From NCBI GenBank assembly GCA_045632545.1, contig JAZQWY010000164.1, positions 1 through 52,911 on the forward strand: 52,911 nt of DNA, given 5' to 3'. The position numbers were made by a program, and so were the translations under genes. This DNA comes from Eubacteriales bacterium. GTDB lineage: Bacteria > Bacillota > Clostridia > Oscillospirales > CAG-272. A model generated the notes under the pieces. The model made no database searches and was not told the origin of the DNA. It was given only the letters and a program-made list of their open reading frames with translations. Shown here in pieces: positions 46,482-52,911 of the stretch (position 1 is the first letter of the stretch; each line of letters starts with the position of its first letter).

Positions 46482-48368
46482 ATGAGTGATACCAATAATA
46501 AATACATATATCTTGACAAAATAAAATCTCCCGCCGACCTTAAGGCTTTGCCCACCGAGGCTATGGATAAGCTAGCGGAGGAGATACGCGCCGAGCTCGT
46601 GGAGCGAGTGTCTCAGAACGGCGGACATCTCGCTTCTAATCTCGGGGTGGTGGAGATGACTATGGCGATACACCGCGTGTTCAACTCCCCCCACGACCAT
46701 ATCATATTTGACGTAGGACACCAAAGCTACGTTCACAAGATGCTTACGGGCAGATTTGAGAGAATGGATACCCTGCGTCTACCAGGCGGTATCAGCGGCT
46801 TTACCAAGCGCGAGGAGAGCGAGCACGACTGCTTTGGCGCTGGGCATAGCTCCACGTCTCTGTCGGCGGGGCTCGGCTTTGCCGTGTCCGATAAGCTGAA
46901 TGGCTCTGACGCGTATACTGTCGCGGTTATCGGTGACGGAGGGTATACGGGCGGAATGATACATGAGGCGCTAAATAACTGCCGAAAGGACATCAGGCTC
47001 ATAATTATTATGAACGAGAATGAGATGTCGATTTCCAAAAATATCGGCAGCTTTGCTATGAATTTGGCTAAGATAAGAAACAAATCGGGATATTTCAAGA
47101 CGAAAAAGGCGACGGGCGCTTTTCTTATGAAGATACCGCTTGTGGGCAAGAAGCTTTTCTGGCTTGTAAGAGGGGTGAAGAAGTCGGTAAAGAGTACCCT
47201 GTACGGCTCAAATTATTTTGAGAGTATGGGACTTACCTATCTCGGTCCTATCGACGGAAACGATTATCACGAAATCGAAAATCTGCTTCGTGAGGCTGTC
47301 AAGCTCAACGAGAGCGTGGTGGTCCATATAAAGACTAAAAAGGGAAAGGGCTATGCTCCAGCAGAGGAAGCTCCTGATAAATACCACGGAATGTCGCCTG
47401 CCTCGGCTACCAAGTCAGATAAGCCGAATTTTTCCCATATTATGGGAGCGAAGCTTGCAGATATGGCACAGCGTGACGACAAAATATGCGCCATAACAGC
47501 CGCTATGTGCGACGGAACGGGACTTGAAGCCTTCCGTGACAGACACCCCGAGCGATTTTTTGACGTGGGTATCGCGGAGGAGCACGCGGTCACCTTTGCT
47601 TCAGGACTTGCCGCAAATGGAATGAAGCCTTATTTCGCGGTCTACTCCTCGTTTTTGCAAAGAAGCTATGATAATATAATTCACGACGCTGCGCTTCAGA
47701 AGCTCCCCGTAAAGATATGCATAGACCGTGCGGGGCTCAGCGACACAGACGGGGCTACACACCACGGAATATTTGACGTTGCTTTTCTCTCTCAGATACC
47801 CGAAATTAAGATATTTACTCCTGTGACGGAGGCAACGCTTGAACTTGCGCTTGAGGAAGCGGACAGTTTTACAACACCCTGCGCCATAAGATATTCAAAC
47901 AGTGTTGAGAGTGACCGAGTTCTCTCAGAATTTTACCCTAACGGTACGCCTGAGAGCCTTGGCGCGGTGAGAAATTATACAGATGATGATGCTCCCGCGG
48001 CTGTGATAGTAACACACGGAAGGATAGTGACCGAGGCGCTCTACGCGGCAGACGCCCTTGCAGGGCAAGGGGTAAAGGTTGGAATTATCCTTCTTGAGAT
48101 ACTGAAACCATATGGCGAGACTGCAGAGCGCATCGCAAAAATGCTCCCCGCAGGCGAGTGTCGAGTGATATTCCTTGAGGAGGAGATAAAGAACGGCGGC
48201 ATGGGAATGATTCTTGAAGATAAGCTACGGGATATACCAGTGATGAAAAACAAGACTACCCGTATTCTCGCGGTAGACGATACCTTTGTTGACCGTACCG
48301 TGGGCGAAGGTATATACGATGCCGCCCGCATCAGCGCAAAGCACATAGTTGATGCAGTAAATGATTGA
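46482..48368 (+). CDS. dxs: 1-deoxy-D-xylulose-5-phosphate synthase
   Basis: About 628 aa. Contains GGHLASNLGVVE, DVGHQSYVHKMLTGR, the IGDGGYTGGM ThDP motif and GIAEEHAVTFA. Confidence 0.95.
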   Translation: MSDTNNKYIYLDKIKSPADLKALPTEAMDKLAEEIRAELVERVSQNGGHLASNLGVVEMTMAIHRVFNSPHDHIIFDVGHQSYVHKMLTGRFERMDTLRLPGGISGFTKREESEHDCFGAGHSSTSLSAGLGFAVSDKLNGSDAYTVAVIGDGGYTGGMIHEALNNCRKDIRLIIIMNENEMSISKNIGSFAMNLAKIRNKSGYFKTKKATGAFLMKIPLVGKKLFWLVRGVKKSVKSTLYGSNYFESMGLTYLGPIDGNDYHEIENLLREAVKLNESVVVHIKTKKGKGYAPAEEAPDKYHGMSPASATKSDKPNFSHIMGAKLADMAQRDDKICAITAAMCDGTGLEAFRDRHPERFFDVGIAEEHAVTFASGLAANGMKPYFAVYSSFLQRSYDNIIHDAALQKLPVKICIDRAGLSDTDGATHHGIFDVAFLSQIPEIKIFTPVTEATLELALEEADSFTTPCAIRYSNSVESDRVLSEFYPNGTPESLGAVRNYTDDDAPAAVIVTHGRIVTEALYAADALAGQGVKVGIILLEILKPYGETAERIAKMLPAGECRVIFLEEEIKNGGMGMILEDKLRDIPVMKNKTTRILAVDDTFVDRTVGEGIYDAARISAKHIVDAVND

Positions 48369-48390
48369 TAACTTAAAAAATAAAATATAA

Positions 48391-48424
48391 AAATCACCGC
48401 AGAATTTTCTGCGGTGATTTTTTG
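48391..48424. terminator. Bidirectional rho-independent terminator
   Basis: AAATCACCGCAG-AATTTT-CTGCGGTGATTT is flanked by an A tract on one side and a T tract on the other. It lies between convergent genes. Confidence 0.85.
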
Positions 48425-48429
48425 CGGCT

Positions 48430-48669
48430 TTATTTCAAAACCTTAAAATGAACAAGAAACTGAATAATGATACCTGCAATGACATAAAGGTCAAGCAGTG
48501 TTCCAAGTATACCGCAAACGATATTTACGATCGGAATAAGGGCAGTAAGAGCGATTATAAGTCCGCCGACTATTCCAACAACGAGGTACACAAGAACGCC
48601 GATTACAAGGTTAGCAACCGAACCAACAAATTTAAAAGAGAGAGGGAAAAGCTTCTTCAAGGTATCCAT
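48430..48669 (-). CDS. Small integral membrane protein
   Basis: Trimmed to ATG 48669, which follows GGAGGA. 79 aa with two long hydrophobic helices. Confidence 0.65.
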   Translation of the reverse strand: MDTLKKLFPLSFKFVGSVANLVIGVLVYLVVGIVGGLIIALTALIPIVNIVCGILGTLLDLYVIAGIIIQFLVHFKVLK

Positions 48670-48827
48670 ATTATTATCCTCCATAAAAATATTACGCTGT
48701 CAATTTTACTACTTTTTTGTAAATATGTCAATAGATATTTTGTATTTTATTTTTCATCAGACCGAATGAGACAAAATATTCATCTCTGGGGGGGTATAAT
48801 GATAGCAGAAACTTCGGGGAGGTAGAA

Positions 48828-49697
48828 ATGGGACAGACGGTATACGTGGATCTTTTATTTATGATAAATTTCAGTATGGATTTTCTCTGTTTTTTTCTAT
48901 GTGCTAAGATACTTGGAAGAAAGCTGTCGATCTCAAGAGCGATTGCGGCATCAGCTTTTGGGGGCTGCTATTCGGATATCGCGCTTTTTATCAGCGTGGG
49001 GCGGGTACAGTCGCTTGTGATAGATATCTTGGTATGCGCGGTGATGTGCGCTATGGTTTTCTGCAAGAAGGGCAAGAACTCATCTCTGCCGCTTTACATA
49101 TTAGTCTACGTCGCTATATCAATGGCACTTGGCGGTTTTATGACCGCTATATTCAATCTTCTGAACAAAGCCGACCTACCTCTTGAGCAGGGCTCGTCGG
49201 ACGGAATATCGGTCTGGCTTTTTGCTGTTCTCGCTGCTGTAAGCGCGGTGATAACCCTCGTAGGCGGTAGATTTTTCAGGGCAAAGTCCTCGCAAAAGAA
49301 TGCCGATATAGAGGTGACGTACGGGGGAAATTCGGTAAAGCTAAGAGCACTGACCGACAGCGGAAATCTTCTGCGCGAGCCGATAAGCGGGAAGCCCTGT
49401 ATAGTGGCAGACGTATCCTCATTGGAGAGCGTAATACCCCGCAAACTTGCGCGAGCAGCGAGGGAGAAAGATATTTCTGTGATAGGAGAGCTATCTCCGA
49501 AGGACGCAAAGAACGTAAGAGTGATACCTATAAAGACTGCGGGGGGCGAGGGCGTATTGCTCGCCCTGCGCGCGGACTGCGTGACGGTCGACAGCGGACG
49601 GGGAGCAGAGACGGTAGATGCCTTTGTGGCTCTGTCGGATATAGATAAGAGCGCCGACGGAAGCGAGGCTTTGCTTCCGCCGGAGCTGCTCGTGTGA
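48828..49697 (+). CDS. spoIIGA: Sporulation sigma-E processing aspartic peptidase SpoIIGA
   Basis: 289 aa with a polytopic N-terminal half and the [19 protein letters not shown] active-site motif. It lies directly upstream of sigE. Confidence 0.9.
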   Translation: MGQTVYVDLLFMINFSMDFLCFFLCAKILGRKLSISRAIAASAFGGCYSDIALFISVGRVQSLVIDILVCAVMCAMVFCKKGKNSSLPLYILVYVAISMALGGFMTAIFNLLNKADLPLEQGSSDGISVWLFAVLAAVSAVITLVGGRFFRAKSSQKNADIEVTYGGNSVKLRALTDSGNLLREPISGKPCIVADVSSLESVIPRKLARAAREKDISVIGELSPKDAKNVRVIPIKTAGGEGVLLALRADCVTVDSGRGAETVDAFVALSDIDKSADGSEALLPPELLV

Positions 49698-49713
49698 TTT
49701 TTGGAGGTGTATA

Positions 49714-50448
49714 ATGAGACTTTATAATTTTTTTAGCCGAATATCCGCAAGAATAAATAAATTTATCAACAGGCTCAGGTCGGCTCTTTCACGTCGATGT
49801 GGAGGGATATACTATGTTAACGGTCCTGAAGTGTTGCCGCCGCCTCTCTCGCGCGAGGAGGAGGCAAGCGTTATTGAGCGACTTGAATCTGACGATAGCG
49901 CGAGGCAGATACTTATTGAGCACAATCTGCGCCTTGTAGTCTATATCGCCAAGAGATTTGAAAATACGGGCGTGGGGATAGAGGACTTAGTCTCGATTGG
50001 CACGATAGGGCTTGTGAAGGCTATCAATACCTTCCGTGCGGACAGAAATATAAAGCTGGCTACGTATGCTTCAAAGTGTATAGAGAACGAGATACTTATG
50101 TACATAAGAAAGACCTCGGGGATAAAGGCTGAGGTCTCTATCGACGAGCCACTGAACGTGGATTGGGACGGAAATGAGCTGTTGCTTTCAGACGTTCTGG
50201 GCAGTGATGACGACGGGGTGATATTCGAGATAGAGCAGATTGAGGAGAGGGCGGCGATAAGGCGCGCTGTGGCAAATCTTGATGACAGGGAGAGGGAGAT
50301 AATAGAGCTGAGATACGGTATGCGCGGTGAGCCTGAGCTTACTCAAAAGGAAGTAGCCGACAGACTTGGCATATCTCAATCATACATATCACGGCTTGAA
50401 AAAAAGATAATCGCAAGGCTCAGAGATGAGTTGGAGGCAAATGTGTAG
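49714..50448 (+). CDS. sigE: Sporulation sigma factor SigE (pro-sigma-E)
   Basis: 244 aa with an N-terminal pro-sequence. Contains [18 protein letters not shown], region 2 ([29 protein letters not shown]) and a region 4 HTH ([20 protein letters not shown]). Confidence 0.9.
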   Translation: MRLYNFFSRISARINKFINRLRSALSRRCGGIYYVNGPEVLPPPLSREEEASVIERLESDDSARQILIEHNLRLVVYIAKRFENTGVGIEDLVSIGTIGLVKAINTFRADRNIKLATYASKCIENEILMYIRKTSGIKAEVSIDEPLNVDWDGNELLLSDVLGSDDDGVIFEIEQIEERAAIRRAVANLDDREREIIELRYGMRGEPELTQKEVADRLGISQSYISRLEKKIIARLRDELEANV

Positions 50449-50611
50449 GGGATTTCTTGTTGGGACAAGAAATTGTGAAAGAAAAGTAAGCGAAAAAATA
50501 ATATAAATTTTCAAAAAGGTATTGCAATTTGAAAATAAATGTGATATAATAACTCCATTCGTGAATCGATGTCAAAGAACATCGAAATAATATAAGCGAG
50601 GAGAAATAAAA

Positions 50612-50818
50612 ATGAAACAGGGAATTCATCCTAATTACGAAGAGTGCGTAATCAGATGCGCGTGTGGCGAATCTGTTGTTACCAAGTCTACAAAGGGCGG
50701 CGAGATCAAGGTTGAAATTTGTTCCAAGTGTCACCCCTTCTTCACAGGAAAGCAGAAGTTCGTTGACGCAGGCGGACGTGTTGACAAGTTCAAGAAGAGA
50801 CTTGAGGCAAGCAAGTAA
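50612..50818 (+). CDS. rpmE: 50S ribosomal protein L31 (zinc-binding type A)
   Basis: [23 protein letters not shown]. 68 aa. Confidence 0.95.
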   Translation: MKQGIHPNYEECVIRCACGESVVTKSTKGGEIKVEICSKCHPFFTGKQKFVDAGGRVDKFKKRLEASK

Positions 50819-50833
50819 TTTAACAAATATACA

Positions 50834-50875
50834 AAAAGGGCAGTTTCAAACAGAAGCTGTCCTTTTGTATTTTAT
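50834..50875 (+). terminator. Rho-independent terminator after rpmE
   Basis: AAAAGGGCAG..CTGTCCTTTT stem followed by GTATTTT. Confidence 0.7.
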
Positions 50876-50887
50876 AGTATAAAAATA

Positions 50888-52042
50888 TTATTTAATTTTT
50901 ACGAGCGTATCAATACCTCTACGCAGAGCATCTGCGAGAGCGTCGATATCCGCTTTTGTATTATACTCCGAAAGACTTACGCGGAGAGAGCAGTCAGCGC
51001 GGTACGCGTCAAGTCCGAAGGCTATAAGGGAGGAGCTGGGGCGTGTTGAGTGCGAGGAGCAGGCAGAGCCGCTGGAGACGTATATTCCTTCTCTCGAAAG
51101 ATAGTGTAGCATAGTTTCGCTCTTTATGCTCGGCAGAGTTAAGTTGAGTATGTGGGGCGCGGCTTTTTCTTTTGGAATATTCAGCGTTACGTCAAGGTGC
51201 CCAAGCTTTTCTATAGAGTATTCCCGAAGCTTGCTCATATGTGTTATCACGTTGTCAAGTCTTGGATAAGCGTCCGCCGCCGCTGCACCAAATCCCGCTA
51301 TTCCTATCACGTTTTCCGTTCCAGAGCGCCAGCCGTCCTCCTGACCGCCTCCAACGAGGAAGGGAATTATCCGTTTTGTCTTTATTATTTCCTTGGAAAT
51401 ATAAAGTCCTCCAACGCCCTTGGGCGCGTGTATTTTATGACCGCTTATCGTTACGAGGTCGGCGTGTATTTTTTCGGGTGTAAATTTCGTCTTAAGAAAA
51501 CCTTGAACCGCGTCACAATGAGTGATAGCGGTGGGGTATGCGTCCTTTATGAGCTTGAACGCTCGTGCCACATCGTAATGCGCTCCCGTTTCGTTGTTTA
51601 CCATCATAAACGAAGCGAGGAATATCTTTTTGTCAAGTGCCGCCTTGACGGCACCGATATCCAAAACGCCCTCCCTCGTGGGTATCCTTATCACCTCAAA
51701 TCCGGACTTCTCAAGCCTTGCCATAGCGTTCTCGACCGATGGATGCTCAGAGTCTGTGGTGAGTATACGGTTTGCGTCTCTGCGTTCCTTGGCAAAAGCG
51801 GAGCCGAAAAGCGCCAGAGAGGTCGCCTCTGTTCCGCAGGAGGTAAAAACAAGCTCTCCGCTGTTTCTCGCGCCAAGAGCTACGAGGATATTTTTTCTTG
51901 CCTCAGATATCAGTTTTTCCGCCCTCAGTCCCGCATCGTGGAGAGAGGAGGGATTGCCGTAGCATTCAATCGCCTCGGATATCTTTGCCCTTGCCGCCTC
52001 GCATATTGGCGTTGTGGAACTGTTGTCCAGATATATTTCCAT
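50888..52042 (-). CDS. Cysteine desulfurase, NifS/IscS-like class V aminotransferase
   Basis: 384 aa. Contains the PLP-lysine motif SGHKIHAPKGVGGLY and the C-terminal active-site SSGSACSS. Confidence 0.9.
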   Translation of the reverse strand: MEIYLDNSSTTPICEAARAKISEAIECYGNPSSLHDAGLRAEKLISEARKNILVALGARNSGELVFTSCGTEATSLALFGSAFAKERRDANRILTTDSEHPSVENAMARLEKSGFEVIRIPTREGVLDIGAVKAALDKKIFLASFMMVNNETGAHYDVARAFKLIKDAYPTAITHCDAVQGFLKTKFTPEKIHADLVTISGHKIHAPKGVGGLYISKEIIKTKRIIPFLVGGGQEDGWRSGTENVIGIAGFGAAAADAYPRLDNVITHMSKLREYSIEKLGHLDVTLNIPKEKAAPHILNLTLPSIKSETMLHYLSREGIYVSSGSACSSHSTRPSSSLIAFGLDAYRADCSLRVSLSEYNTKADIDALADALRRGIDTLVKIK

Positions 52043-52121
52043 TTTTAATTCCTTCCTTTTTGTGAAATAGCGGGAAGAAAGATTTCGTCTTAAATCTTTC
52101 TTCCCGCAAATTTTGAAAGAG

Positions 52122-52911
52122 TTATCTGAAGCTGAATTCAGATATCATTCTGTCAACGTCCGCCATATGAGAATCAAACATCTCCGCGGTGGAGGTGTAG
52201 GTTATTGAGTAGACAATTCCACCGAAAACGAATGTTACCTGCTTTATTTTGAAGCTGATACCGTCGTAGCTTGCCTCAAAGGTCAGCGATATAGCATCTC
52301 TTTCGGCAACCTTTATGTCGGTCTTATCAATAAAGGTGTAGCCTTTTATAGACTCGGCGTATTTTTTCTCACACTCGGCGATATAGTCAGCCGCAGTCAT
52401 CTCTCCGTCGGGAGAGAAGGAGGTGACAGTTACGTTAGATTTCTCACTTTCGGGATAGTAAGCCTCGCTCTTTCCGCTTTCCGAGAAGCATATCCAGCTC
52501 TTTGGAACGTAAAGCCTGTATTCAAGCTTGTCTCCAGAAGCTATCTTCATTCCCGCGGGGGTCTTTTTATCCACGACCTCGTCGTTTGCGGGCTTAGGCT
52601 TGTCACAGAGAACGAACGCCGATGTGACGTCGCTTATTACCTTCGTATATTCCTCGCTCACCGAGGCTGTGGGAAGATAAAAATTTAGAGAAACCATATC
52701 GCCCTTGTGCTTGGCGCTTATCTGTGTGCAGGTGTAGTCTACGCCGTCCATCTTAGCGGTGTAGGTCATCTTCCGAGCGTCAACGCCCGAGAGTATAGCC
52801 GCGTCGTTAGCCTCTATCTTAAAGGTATCGAGCGAGTTGGCATAGCCTTCCGCGCAGTACTGCATATACTGCTCAAGTGTTGTATTTTCGTCCGCGGGGG
52901 TGTAATATCTT
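52122..52911 (-). CDS. Hypothetical protein, 5'-incomplete at the window edge
   Basis: The ORF track starts at Met 52865, but the frame stays open with no stop to position 52911. No motif recognised. Confidence 0.6.
   Translation of the reverse strand, partial: RYYTPADENTTLEQYMQYCAEGYANSLDTFKIEANDAAILSGVDARKMTYTAKMDGVDYTCTQISAKHKGDMVSLNFYLPTASVSEEYTKVISDVTSAFVLCDKPKPANDEVVDKKTPAGMKIASGDKLEYRLYVPKSWICFSESGKSEAYYPESEKSNVTVTSFSPDGEMTAADYIAECEKKYAESIKGYTFIDKTDIKVAERDAISLTFEASYDGISFKIKQVTFVFGGIVYSITYTSTAEMFDSHMADVDRMISEFSFR

Noticed and set aside
48828-50448. spoIIGA-sigE followed by rpmE rather than sigG, as a possible rearrangement
   Set aside because: The position of sigG varies among Clostridia. 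Nothing in the sequence, such as repeats or gene fragments, indicates a disruption here.

Overview
The window is a chromosomal segment from a sporulating Firmicute that looks Clostridia-like. A temperate prophage of about 41.7 kb (4489..46292) interrupts it. The left host flank (33..4375) carries a corrinoid methyltransferase accessory cluster: a URO-D-like protein, an MtaA-like methyltransferase, a DUF2284 metal-binding protein and a RACo-type corrinoid activase. The right host flank (46248..52911) carries tRNA-Thr(CGU), dxs, a small membrane protein, spoIIGA-sigE, rpmE, a NifS-like cysteine desulfurase and a 5'-truncated hypothetical gene. The prophage sits in the 3' half of tRNA-Thr and is bounded by a perfect 46-bp direct repeat. 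From left to right it contains five blocks. First, a lysogeny and accessory arm: a small moron ORF, a candidate structured ncRNA, a tyrosine integrase, an unannotated type I toxin/antisense-RNA pair, hicAB, an S24 CI-like repressor, small membrane proteins and ImmA/ImmR. Second, a divergent consensus-promoter switch with a Cro-like gene and many small early ORFs. Third, a recombination and replication module: Sak-like annealase, YqaJ exonuclease, NinB-like protein, SSB, ASCH, a 668-aa C5-methyltransferase with seven repeated TRD-like modules, a replisome organiser with iteron-like repeats, a DnaC-like loader and RusA. Fourth, a three-gene island on the opposite strand with a cis-antisense sRNA candidate. 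Fifth, a late operon: TerS, TerL, portal, phage Prp protease, scaffold, capsid, an adaptor-like protein, an 805-aa structural protein, a 2264-aa giant protein and fibre proteins. I see no tail tube, sheath or tape-measure set, so the virion is probably podovirus-like. The items most worth follow-up are: (1) a translationally coupled cassette of three membrane proteins in the lysis slot of a prophage in which I recognise no endolysin; (2) the giant multidomain virion protein; (3) a conserved TAGGGGGACTACC motif repeated at fixed geometry in front of four late transcription units; (4) the uncharacterised membrane proteins co-transcribed with immR-immA; (5) several consensus-promoter/terminator-bounded small RNAs. 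All functional calls come from reading motifs by eye. No database search was possible.
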